A stretch of DNA of 64,000 nucleotides from Nitrosopumilus sp. (GTDB taxonomy: Archaea > Thermoproteota > Nitrososphaeria > Nitrososphaerales > Nitrosopumilaceae). The position numbers were made by a program, and so were the translations under genes. Under the pieces are notes generated by a model. That model was given only the letters and a program-made list of their open reading frames with translations. It was not told the DNA's origin and did not search any database. How positions within the stretch are numbered: position 1 is the first letter of the stretch; every line of letters begins with the position of its first letter. The DNA is taken from contig OZ243974.1 of the NCBI GenBank assembly GCA_965214775.1, forward strand, positions 2,176,001-2,240,000. The letters are read 5' to 3'. This document shows, in pieces, positions 30,301 through 39,574 of this stretch.

Positions 30301-30603
30301 TCAACCCGGTTTGATCTCATAAAATTTGATAGGATGTGAAAACTGACGGTTATGATCAACCTCGTTCCAAAACTTTTCCTCATCGATCTCCCTGCCCTCA
30401 GAAACCCAGACGTTTAGGACTTTTTGCATGTACATTTTTGTCGTATCGTCAATTTCAGGGCGTATGCCTGTTTCTTTTTCAATTCTGTCTCTTTGTTCCT
30501 TGAATCCTTTGAGCAGCTCCTTGAGGGTCTTGCCGTTGATTTGGGCGGCCTTTTTGGCCTTTGCTCTGCGTAGATCTTTTTTAAGATTTGACAAAAATCC
30601 CAT
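30301..30603 (-). CDS. Hypothetical protein
   Basis: 100-aa charged ORF co-oriented with its neighbours. Confidence 0.65.
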   Translation of the reverse strand: MGFLSNLKKDLRRAKAKKAAQINGKTLKELLKGFKEQRDRIEKETGIRPEIDDTTKMYMQKVLNVWVSEGREIDEEKFWNEVDHNRQFSHPIKFYEIKPG

Positions 30604-30693
30604 GTTATGGCTAGATGGAGTGCCGTAAAAAACCTATTTCTGTAATTGGAGGGATGGGGGGCGCGTATGTGTGTTCTGAAGTGGGTGATGATA

Positions 30694-32211
30694 CTAGCTG
30701 CAAGTGACGCTTTGAACCGCAAATGCCTCGTTCATTGTTATGTACTCGTCAATTTTTAATTTGATGTCATCGGGAGTCGTGTCATTCATTCCGGAAAAGC
30801 CTGCTTGGAACGAGATGGAGTTGCTAGTTGCCTTGATGCCGGATACCTCCATGTCTGCATATATGTTTGCAATTTCGTTTACCCAGTCTTTGCCTTCTTG
30901 CGGATCAACGTTTTCAACTTTGATGCTGACGTTGATCATTTTTGTTCCGCTGTCAGTTTGGGGTTCTGCTGCTTGAGGAGGAGGAGGAGTACTTTGAGTC
31001 GAATTTGAAGAGTCATCATAGTAACTTCTTGTTTGCTGGTAATCAGAGCCGTCTGCCAGTTGGGCCTCACCTCTGTTGGTCTGGTAGCCGCCAGACGAGG
31101 AGCTCGTTTGATAGCCGACAAGAAGACTTGGGTCGATTCCTTGCTGTCCTTGTCTTTCATTTTTGAGAGAGCGATTACTTACAAAGAAGAATGCAATGCC
31201 TGCGATGGCTGCCACCCCTGCCATTCCATAAACGATGAAGATTGGAAAATCCCCAGTAGAAGTGGTTGCATACCCTTCTGGAGGAGTCGGAGTTACACCG
31301 GCAATTTCAACGCCATCTAAAACATCCAAAGCGCCAAACCCGATTGCATACAGGTTTCCTATGTAGGGGGATTGAACGCTTCTTACAGTGTAAGGCTGAT
31401 CAGCTACAAATGTTGCTTCGAACACTCTTTCAACCTGACGACCTTCTCTTAGACTGCTTTCGCCCATGGTCCAGCTTGAAACTACAAAGCCTGCGATTTC
31501 TTGGTCAAGACCGAATGTTCCAGCATCCACATTGATTCCCGTGGGATCAAACAAGAAGTGCCACTTGGTTAATGGCTGTTCCAAGATAAAATCGGCATCC
31601 ATCATAGGCATGTGCAAAACATCCTCTGCTTCAGTTCCTGCAAAGTATGCATATACTTCGGGTTCTTGGTCTCGCAGAAGATTAATCGGAATGTTGATTT
31701 CAGTCCCGTCGATGTTTACTTCGCCGTCAACTGACAGTCCTCTCCAACCCAAATCAATCAGGGTTCTCTGGGAGTCCTTGGTAATGATGTAATCAGTCAA
31801 AGTTCCTTCAATGACTACCATATAGTCAATTGAAGTGTTGATGTTTCTGGCCTTGAGGTGAAACTCGTAATTTACATTCATGTCGGAAATTTTTGCCTGA
31901 CTGCCATCTTCTGCAATTCCTTTGTTGAGCCTATTGATCAAATCCTGGACTTCGGGATTTGATGAATCAGAAGAGCCGGATACTGTCCATTCCTTGCCTT
32001 TAAGCTCGTCAAACAAGTCACCGCCGTTTGGATATTCGATAAAGACGGTCTTTAGGTAACTTACCTTAAATGGGGATGACTCGTTGTTTGGATTGATTCT
32101 GGCATCTAATTGGGCTCCCCATGCAGAAGAAAAGGAACTGCCGCTAATGGCAACAAGACTTGCAAGTAAAACTGTTAACAGAATGGCCCTAGACACGTGT
32201 AAAATCCGCAA
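30694..32211 (-). CDS. Membrane-anchored exported protein with cytoplasmic C-terminal domain
   Basis: Signal peptide, single TM (PIFIVYGMAGVAAIAGIAFFFV), Pro-rich linker. Confidence 0.75.
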   Translation of the reverse strand: MRILHVSRAILLTVLLASLVAISGSSFSSAWGAQLDARINPNNESSPFKVSYLKTVFIEYPNGGDLFDELKGKEWTVSGSSDSSNPEVQDLINRLNKGIAEDGSQAKISDMNVNYEFHLKARNINTSIDYMVVIEGTLTDYIITKDSQRTLIDLGWRGLSVDGEVNIDGTEINIPINLLRDQEPEVYAYFAGTEAEDVLHMPMMDADFILEQPLTKWHFLFDPTGINVDAGTFGLDQEIAGFVVSSWTMGESSLREGRQVERVFEATFVADQPYTVRSVQSPYIGNLYAIGFGALDVLDGVEIAGVTPTPPEGYATTSTGDFPIFIVYGMAGVAAIAGIAFFFVSNRSLKNERQGQQGIDPSLLVGYQTSSSSGGYQTNRGEAQLADGSDYQQTRSYYDDSSNSTQSTPPPPQAAEPQTDSGTKMINVSIKVENVDPQEGKDWVNEIANIYADMEVSGIKATSNSISFQAGFSGMNDTTPDDIKLKIDEYITMNEAFAVQSVTCS

Positions 32212-32239
32212 AAAGGAGTAATAAACTTATCCTAATTGG

Positions 32240-32440
32240 AGTTTGTTGCATAACTCGATTTTTTTTGCTTGAATTCGTCCTAAATGGTAAATCCAGGGAG
32301 GTGATCCGAAACTAGAAACCGTGCAAATTTTTCGAATAATTTCGCAGATAATTCGTATTTTGCTGATGTTTCAGACTGGCTTGTGCGGTCTCGCTCACAC
32401 ATAATCAGAATCTGCTAACTTTGGATCAATTCCCTGCATG
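32240..32440 (+). mobile_element. IS left-end remnant (M2-type TIR)
   Basis: AGTTTGTTGCATAACTCG start; 32302-32435 homologous to 34570-34704. Confidence 0.65.
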
Positions 32441-32569
32441 CATGGTCAAAACAGCGCATGATTTGAGATAGAGCCTTGGTCTGACTAACATATAATCTAG
32501 ATCGGGATATTTTTGAAAAAGTAATATGTGGAGTGATGCAAGTAGATTGCAGTTTTAGGGGAAAATGGC

Positions 32570-33493
32570 ATGATGATTACAGTATTAGCAGGGGGGACAG
32601 GTTCGGTCAAACTCGTCAGAGGCCTAGTCTCCCAGGAATCCAAAGTAAACGTGATTAGCAATGTCGGAGACAATTACTGGCTGTATGGCCTGTACATCTG
32701 CCCGGATATCGATACTATCGTGTACGGGTTGGCAGACTTGCTTGATCAGGAGAGAGGATGGGGAATCAAAAAAGACACCTTCAACTTTTTACGTCAAATG
32801 GAAGTCTTTGGAGAGGATACGTGGTTTGGAATTGGGGACAGAGATGCCGCAACCCATTTGATCAGAACCAACATGCTGAAGAACGGGAGAAACCTAAGCG
32901 ATATTACGCAATGGATGTGTGAAAAGTTTGCAGTAAGTACAAGTATCATTCCGGTTACGGACAACAGCATTGAGACAAGAATCATCACAAACAAAGGAGA
33001 ATTACACTTACAAGAATATTGGGTCAAACACAGAGGAAGAGATCCGGTAGAGGGAATCCAATACATCGGAGCTGACAAGGCTCGTCCAAATCCAGAAGCA
33101 GTAAGCGCAATTCATGACGCAGATATGGTAATCTTGGCACCGGGCAACCCGTTGACCTCGATTGGTCCAATGTTGCAAATCAAGGGAATCCGAAAGGAAC
33201 TATCAAAAACAAAGAAAAAAGTTGTGGCTGTAAGCCCGTTAATCGGAGACAAATCAATCAGCGGCCCTGCAGACAAATACATGCAGGCAGCAGGAATAGA
33301 ATCAAATGCATACGGATTGGCAAAGATGTATTCGGATGTGTGTTCCAACATTGTTGTAGACACCAAAGACAGAATGCTATCTAAGAAAATTCAGAGTTTG
33401 GACATGAAAGTGTTTGAAACCAAAATCACGATGAAAAACAAAGTGGCCGAAGACGCTCTAGCAAATTTCATTTTGAAACAAGTGCATGTATAA
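32570..33493 (+). CDS. cofD: 2-phospho-L-lactate transferase (F420 biosynthesis)
   Basis: LAGGTGSVK, NVGD..GLYICPDIDT, WFGIGDRD, GPADKYM. Confidence 0.95.
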   Translation: MMITVLAGGTGSVKLVRGLVSQESKVNVISNVGDNYWLYGLYICPDIDTIVYGLADLLDQERGWGIKKDTFNFLRQMEVFGEDTWFGIGDRDAATHLIRTNMLKNGRNLSDITQWMCEKFAVSTSIIPVTDNSIETRIITNKGELHLQEYWVKHRGRDPVEGIQYIGADKARPNPEAVSAIHDADMVILAPGNPLTSIGPMLQIKGIRKELSKTKKKVVAVSPLIGDKSISGPADKYMQAAGIESNAYGLAKMYSDVCSNIVVDTKDRMLSKKIQSLDMKVFETKITMKNKVAEDALANFILKQVHV

Positions 33494-34133
33494 CTTGAAA
33501 ATATCTGCAATCATTCCTGTAAAGACCTTTTCAAACGCCAAAACACGTTTAGACTTGCCATCCGAAAAAAAAGAAAAGATGTGTGAAATTATGTTAGAAG
33601 AGATTGTTCATACAGTCTCAATTTCACCCCAGATAGAAAAAACCATCATTGTAACAAAAGAGGAAAAGGCAGTAGAGATTGGAAAAAGGCATAACGCAGA
33701 GATCATAATTGATGAAAAAGAAGAGAGTGTCAACAGCGCAGTCTCTCTTGCAGACAAGTATTTGCTAGAAAACAATTTTCATGCATCAATTGTTTTCCCG
33801 CAGGACATCCCGTACATCAAAACACAGGACATTGATTTTATGATGAATTACAAAATGCATCCAAACTTTGCAATCGTTGTGCCGTCACGAAGATTTGACG
33901 GGACAAACGCACTTGTCAGGATGCCCGTAGACCTGATGGAGACCCATTATGACGAAGACAGCTATAAAATTCACATGAATGCTGCAAAAAAAAAGACGCT
34001 CAATGTTGCCATGGTCTTTGTTAGAAGAATCATGTGGGATGTCGATACCTCAAAGGATCTGGAATTTCTGCTAGAGCAGCCAGAGAAACCGGACTTTGCT
34101 AAAAAAGTAAAGAAAATTTTGGAATCAGGGTAG
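33486..34133 (+). CDS. cofC: 2-phospho-L-lactate guanylyltransferase
   Basis: IIPVK..AKTRL, DIP, DGTNAL, DVDTSKDL; overlaps the cofD stop. Confidence 0.92.
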   Translation: MYNLKISAIIPVKTFSNAKTRLDLPSEKKEKMCEIMLEEIVHTVSISPQIEKTIIVTKEEKAVEIGKRHNAEIIIDEKEESVNSAVSLADKYLLENNFHASIVFPQDIPYIKTQDIDFMMNYKMHPNFAIVVPSRRFDGTNALVRMPVDLMETHYDEDSYKIHMNAAKKKTLNVAMVFVRRIMWDVDTSKDLEFLLEQPEKPDFAKKVKKILESG

Positions 34134-34699
34134 AAAAATCGCAAAAAAGAGATCAAAAGCAGCGTTTTTCGCACCTGTTGGTTCCAAAAAAAAAAACAAC
34201 TTCATATGCAAAGTAGACCAAAGCAGGCCGGCACGCCTTTTCTTCTCTGCCTTTCTATGTGTCGGAGCGACTTTTCCTCCGGTCTTTTCTTCATATTTTT
34301 TGATTGATCCGGTCTGAAATAATCCTTCAAAATACGCCTTAGTTGGAATTAATTTTACTACAATACACAACTCCGGTTTCCCTCCAAACCGTTATTTGTC
34401 TGACGGGCCGAGGATAATCAATGCTTGGCCTCGGACATGCCACCTTTTGTACGGGGCGCCTCCTGTCGGCAAGACACGGGCATCTCTTCCTACTTGTGGT
34501 CATACTGGCGCTTTCTGCGTATGTTCATCTGTGGAACCCGGCAGGATTTCCGACGTGGCACGCAGAGAGATGATCCGAAATTAGAAGCCGTGCGAATTTT
34601 TCAAGTAATTTCACAGATAACTTGTATTTTGTTGGTGTTTTGAGCCGTTTTATGCAAATTCGTCCACAAATAATCAGAGTCTGCTAATTTCGAATCAAC

Positions 34700-35477
34700 T
34701 CTCTGGGACGAACCCATACCGGATCACAGCACCCTTGGAAAGTTCATGCAAAAGATTCCCCACAAGTGGCTGGAGGAGATTGTGGCAGAAGCCGCGCGAA
34801 GGTGCCTTGCCGGATATGACCCGTCGACGCTCATGCTTGCAGCCGACAGCATCGGCGTCGTTACAGACAGAAACGACAAGGCCAAAAAGAGGAAGGATCT
34901 GGTGCCCAAGACCGGCAAAAAGGCCGAAATTACGCACGAATCGGGTGCAAAAAAGGCCGAAAGAAAGAGAAAGGCCAAGCCCTACAAACAGTACCTAAAG
35001 TGGCATGTGGCATCCGTACTGGGCCTGCAGGTAATCCTGGCATGCCAGATTACCTCAGACAGAATGGCAGACACTACCATCCTAAGATCACTCTTGCAGA
35101 GAATTGGAAAGATCGGACTAGGATTCTCCGGCATCTTCAACGCCGACAGGGGATACGATTCAGATGAGAACGTAAGGCTCCTCAAGGAATCTGGAATGAA
35201 ACCAAACATCAAACTAAGGGCCAATGCAGTCCACACCAAAAAGAAACACAGAAAGGAAGCTTCCAAGATGTTTGATCCGGAATCCTACAAGATGCGCGCA
35301 ACAATAGAGGGAATCTTTGGTGCAGAGGAGGCAGAGAACCACAGGCTGATGTGCAGGTTCAGAAAGGCATCTACCCGCCGAAGGTTCGGTTTGTGCAAGG
35401 CAATAGGGTGGAACCTTGAGGTGCTAAACAGACTCAAGTGTGCCGCAAATCTCGGGATACCGGTGGAGGCAGCATGA
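34700..35477 (+). pseudogene. 5'-truncated IS4/IS5-type DDE transposase
   Basis: PDHSTL motif upstream of the ORF start; ADSIG, ADRGYDS, RATIEGIFG. Confidence 0.8.
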
Positions 35478-35499
35478 AGTGAATTAGGAAACAACCCCG

Positions 35500-36213
35500 G
35501 TGCTGGCAGTATCTGTCACAAGTGATGCAATCGGCGACAGCACGGAACTGCCTGCACTGCTTGAGGATGCAGTCAAGAACATCAAGGAAGAAGAGGAGCA
35601 GAACCGCACCGACAGCGCGGATGCAGTCAAGAACATCAAGGAAGAAGAGGAGCAGAACCGCACCGACAGCGCGGATGCAGTCAAGAACATCAAGGAAGAA
35701 GAGGAGCAGAACCGCACCGACAGCGCGGATGCAATCAAGATCCCCAACATGCTTGCCGACGGGACATCGCCGCTGGCTGTACTCGACACCGGCGCGAATC
35801 CAGATATACCGGGAAAGATCCTGCTTGCAGACGGCGGATACGGCTCAAGGAAAAACGTAGCCGAGTGTCACAGGCGCGGCATAAAACCGCTCATACGGCT
35901 TTTGACAAGTTGCAATGCAAAGGGCAAGGGCACCGGCGACAAGTGGGGCCGGCTGGTGCGATGGCAGCTCGGGGGCGGCCCCGAGGTGCCTGTGGGTGAT
36001 CTCTCAAAGGAGGAAAGACAGGAGAACCTGCGGTACTGGAAGAGCACGGTAGGCTTTGGCAGCAGATGGATCGTCGAGATCGTGATATCGGCCATAAAGC
36101 GTATGTTCGGCGAGTGCGTAATGGCCCTCAAGTGGTCCAATATAGTGCAGGAAGTAAAGCTGAGGATATGGCTGTACAACAAGTGGATTGCAGAGGCGGT
36201 GGCTGCCGTGTAG
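35500..36213 (+). pseudogene. Second, different IS5-type transposase C-terminal fragment with repeat insertion
   Basis: LADGGYGS, RWIVEIVISAIKRMFGE; first catalytic Asp region absent. Confidence 0.75.
35565..35733. repeat. 3 x 54-bp perfect tandem repeat (DAVKNIKEEEEQNRTDSA)
   Basis: Units start at 35565, 35619 and 35673. Confidence 0.95.
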
Positions 36214-36354
36214 GAACCGGGCGCCGGTCATGATCCGGGCGGACTGACTTGGCTCTAGTCGGAGTTTGCAACAAACTACGATCATCGGCAGACTTATATA
36301 TGATGATTTAGAAAATGTTAAATATTATCATAAAAGGTTTTGGGAGATATAAAG

Positions 36355-37263
36355 ATGGTTAAAGGAAGAAATCCAAAGGAAAGGTGTCCAAGATGTGGAC
36401 AAGGCACCCTAGTTACAGATGCCAACACCGGGGAAAACTTTTGTGGAAAATGTGGCTTTGTAATTACGGACAAGGTTGAAGAGTCGGGGCCAGAATGGCG
36501 CTCATTTTCAAACGAAGGCGAAAACAAGAGCAGGGCAGGGGTTCCAACATCGCTTGCAATGCACGACATGGGACTAGCTACGGTGATCAATCCCCAGAAC
36601 AGGGATGCGACAGGCAAGCCACTTACTGCATCAATGAAAAGTACGATTGAGAGACTCAGAACTTGGGACAGCAGAAGCCAGGTTCACGAGCCAGTTGACA
36701 GAAACTTTAGACAGGCATTCAGTGAGTTAGACAGACTAAAAGACAAACTTGCAGTCGGCGATGCAGTCATTGAAAAGGCAGCCTACATTTACAGAAAGGC
36801 GTTGGAAAAAGGACTGGTCAGGGGACGCTCGATTTCTGCCTTGATTGCATCTGCGCTGTATGCAGCGTGCAGGGATACGGAAACCCCAAGAACGCTAAAA
36901 GACATAGGACAGGCAAGCAACATCAAAAGAAAAGACATTGCAAGATGCTATCGTTTATTGCTAAGAGAATTGAGTTTGAAAATGCCAGTCGTTGATCCGA
37001 TAAAATGCATCTCAAGAATTGCAAGCAAAGCTGGGCTGTCAGAGAAGACAAAAAGAAAGGCGACAAAAATTCTACAAACAGCAGAAGAGAACAAAATTTC
37101 GGCAGGAAAAGATCCCATGGGACTGGCAGCGGCTGCACTTTATGTTGCATGCGTGACTAACGGCGAAAACAAGACGCAGAGAGACGTTGCAGAGGCCGCA
37201 GGAGTTACCGAAGTTACAATCCGAAACAGATACAAGGGATTGAAAGTTGCGCTAAACCTCTAA
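36355..37263 (+). CDS. tfb: Transcription initiation factor IIB
   Basis: CPRC..CGKCG zinc ribbon, GPEWR, GRS, GKDP cyclin repeats, VTIRNRY. Confidence 0.97.
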   Translation: MVKGRNPKERCPRCGQGTLVTDANTGENFCGKCGFVITDKVEESGPEWRSFSNEGENKSRAGVPTSLAMHDMGLATVINPQNRDATGKPLTASMKSTIERLRTWDSRSQVHEPVDRNFRQAFSELDRLKDKLAVGDAVIEKAAYIYRKALEKGLVRGRSISALIASALYAACRDTETPRTLKDIGQASNIKRKDIARCYRLLLRELSLKMPVVDPIKCISRIASKAGLSEKTKRKATKILQTAEENKISAGKDPMGLAAAALYVACVTNGENKTQRDVAEAAGVTEVTIRNRYKGLKVALNL

Positions 37264-38256
37264 CTCAGACTTCCTTTTGGAATAAAACCTGCCTGCCAGC
37301 AAGACAGCAAGGGAGATTCCGCCGGAGACCAGCAACAACAATTCCAATGAGGACATTAGGGAATGGGCAAACGCATTCTCAATCGAAATGGAATTTGTCT
37401 GCGAAACAAAGTTTGCATATGCAAAAATAAAGTAGTTTGTAGCCCAATGAATCAAAAGAGAGGCCACAAATCCATACCTGAGATAGGCCCATCCCAAAAT
37501 GACTCCGCCAATTGAGGCCTGGGCAAATTTTCCTTCGCTCCAAGAAGACTCTCCAAAGGCAACATGTGCAAATCCAAACAGTACGCCAACAAACACAATC
37601 AACAAGATTGCTTTTTTTGAGTCAACGATGTCAAGTTTTGACGGATTCCACAAGATCCCCGCAAAAAATCTCAGGGAAGTGCGTCTAGAATACATCATAA
37701 AGAGGGGGATTCCAATCAGCAGGATCCTAAATCCAAGTTCTTCAATCAGGGGAGCCAGACTGACATAAAAAAACTGCACCAAGTCATTGTCTGCCGAAGG
37801 AGGAGGAGGGATAGTCGAAATCCCAAACCAATCCTGAACAAAAGTTACAATTGCAGATGCAAAAACGAGTATTGAGAACCATTTGGTAATTCCAAGCATA
37901 TAGTTTGAGGAATCTATCTGTCCGTGAGAAATTATCGGAGAAAGGGATTCCAGAAAATTATGTCTTGGGCCTAGAATGGAAATTACAAAAATAATGACAT
38001 AAAATGTCCACAACACGACAAACGCATCTCCAACACTCACATCTATTGGAGATTGGTAAAAGCCAGTACCCTCAAAAAGCTCCAGGTAAGATACAGGAAA
38101 TTCATAGTTGATGTCGCTGCCAATATCGCTCTCAAACACAACAAAAACCCCCATTGGCAATGAAACCAAGAGCAATCCAAAGACCACAGATAATATTGCA
38201 GAGTAGGGAATGCCAAGGGCCTGAAGTACTTTGTTGGATGATGATGACGGTTCCAA
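37252..38256 (-). CDS. CPBP (CAAX/Abi) family intramembrane metalloprotease
   Basis: APLIEELGFR, FGFAH, HWATN. Confidence 0.88.
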   Translation of the reverse strand: MEPSSSSNKVLQALGIPYSAILSVVFGLLLVSLPMGVFVVFESDIGSDINYEFPVSYLELFEGTGFYQSPIDVSVGDAFVVLWTFYVIIFVISILGPRHNFLESLSPIISHGQIDSSNYMLGITKWFSILVFASAIVTFVQDWFGISTIPPPPSADNDLVQFFYVSLAPLIEELGFRILLIGIPLFMMYSRRTSLRFFAGILWNPSKLDIVDSKKAILLIVFVGVLFGFAHVAFGESSWSEGKFAQASIGGVILGWAYLRYGFVASLLIHWATNYFIFAYANFVSQTNSISIENAFAHSLMSSLELLLLVSGGISLAVLLAGRFYSKRKSELEV

Positions 38257-38264
38257 TTTGAAAA

Positions 38265-38573
38265 CTAGTGCAACTCTATGCTTTCCTCCGGAAAGCCCAG
38301 ACCAATCAAAGTGTCCTTGATTGTATCTCGATGATCGCCTTGCAAGAAAATGTAGCCTTCCTTGGCAGTACCGCCGCAGGCGTACTTGTTTTTTAGCTCC
38401 TTTGCAACGCTTTCTAAATTGTTCAGTTTAGGATCCAACCCCTCAATCATGGTTCCTTTCTTCTTAAACCGCCTAGTCTCTAATCTGATAATGATTTTAG
38501 TACTATCTTTGGCAAGCTCGCCACAAGCACAAAGGTCGTCGGGAAGACCACAAGTATTACAAATTACCGCCAT
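38265..38573 (-). CDS. Translation initiation factor aIF1 / SUI1
   Basis: CNTCGLP..C.C, LKNKYACGGT, LQGDHR. Confidence 0.95.
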   Translation of the reverse strand: MAVICNTCGLPDDLCACGELAKDSTKIIIRLETRRFKKKGTMIEGLDPKLNNLESVAKELKNKYACGGTAKEGYIFLQGDHRDTIKDTLIGLGFPEESIELH

Positions 38574-38624
38574 GCGTTCGAATACAATTCAATTATTCAC
38601 ACTATTAAGCCTTGTTTGATATCT

Positions 38625-38760
38625 GGCCTTTCCAGACGTACACGGTATGAGGTCACGTCCCCTTACTGGCTAGGCGTGGAAATCATAATTGTGCATACCA
38701 ATTCGTGCTTGATTGGTGGGGATAGGTGACCACATACCGTACACGACTCGTGGAAGTTGA
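38625..38760 (-). ncRNA. Candidate structured ncRNA of unknown family
   Basis: Long bulged stem with an internal hairpin; G-U pairs form only on the minus strand. Confidence 0.5.
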
Positions 38761-39018
38761 GACGGCAACATGCAGATTTGCAGGCAGCTTGGTCTGGGCT
38801 GTTTGACGGTTTGGAGTTGCTTTTAGGCTGTTTTTGGGAAGACTGCAGGCCAGCCAGGTGAAACGTGCTGAAAAAATCTAGCAAAAACAGAATCTAGGCA
38901 AGAAACACGATTCCTGGCATGCCTAACAACAAGACAGAAACGAATATTCTGACTCGCATTTTGCTTGACTGATCAAAACAATTGTGTTTTTTAGGCAGAT
39001 AGCAGAGTGAAGATCATC

Positions 39019-39366
39019 ATGTCTGAGGATCTGACAAAAAAGGCAGCAGAAATGCTGCTCAAAGGGGCCACGCTGCTGAGTGAACCGTGCCCCTACTGCA
39101 AGGGAGTCAGAGTCATGAAAGGGGGGCATGCATTGTGCATTAGCTGTGGAAGAGAACCTGAACAAAAAAAAGTTCCAGGGGCAGAAGAAGAAAAGGGGGC
39201 AGACAAGCCAAAGTCACAGCTAGAGATCACGCTTGAAAAGAAGATGGAATCCTTGTCAAAAGATCTAGAAAACGAATCTGATCACCAAAGACAGCATGAA
39301 ATTCTAAGACTGATCAACTCAACGTTAGAAACTCTGGAGAAGCTCAAAAGCAAACAACAACAATAA
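39019..39366 (+). CDS. UPF0148 / autoantigen p27-like zinc-ribbon protein
   Basis: LLKGATLLSEPCPYC...CISC. Confidence 0.85.
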   Translation: MSEDLTKKAAEMLLKGATLLSEPCPYCKGVRVMKGGHALCISCGREPEQKKVPGAEEEKGADKPKSQLEITLEKKMESLSKDLENESDHQRQHEILRLINSTLETLEKLKSKQQQ

Positions 39367-39401
39367 AGTTTTTATGTCAAAATCCTTGCTTTCGAATTGT
39401 A

Positions 39402-39569
39402 ATGAGTAGCAAAAAGAAATCAGCGCCACTTCCGGCATCAAGTGGAGGTCTCATGAGGTTCTTTGAAGATGAGACAAAAGGGTTCAGAATTGATCCACGT
39501 ATTGTGGTGTCAATACCAATCAGTTTAATCGCAGTCTCATGGGTTATCGATATATTTCTGGCTCCGTGA
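39402..39569 (+). CDS. secG: Preprotein translocase subunit Sec61-beta (absent from the ORF track)
   Basis: MSSKKKSAPLPASSGGLMRFFEDETKGFRIDPRIVV... Confidence 0.9.
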   Translation: MSSKKKSAPLPASSGGLMRFFEDETKGFRIDPRIVVSIPISLIAVSWVIDIFLAP

Positions 39570-39574
39570 AGGCC

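Noticed and set aside
38625-38760. Hairpin as SRP RNA, 5S rRNA or tRNA
   Set aside because: No SRP helix-8 motif, too short for archaeal SRP RNA, no 5S or T-loop motifs
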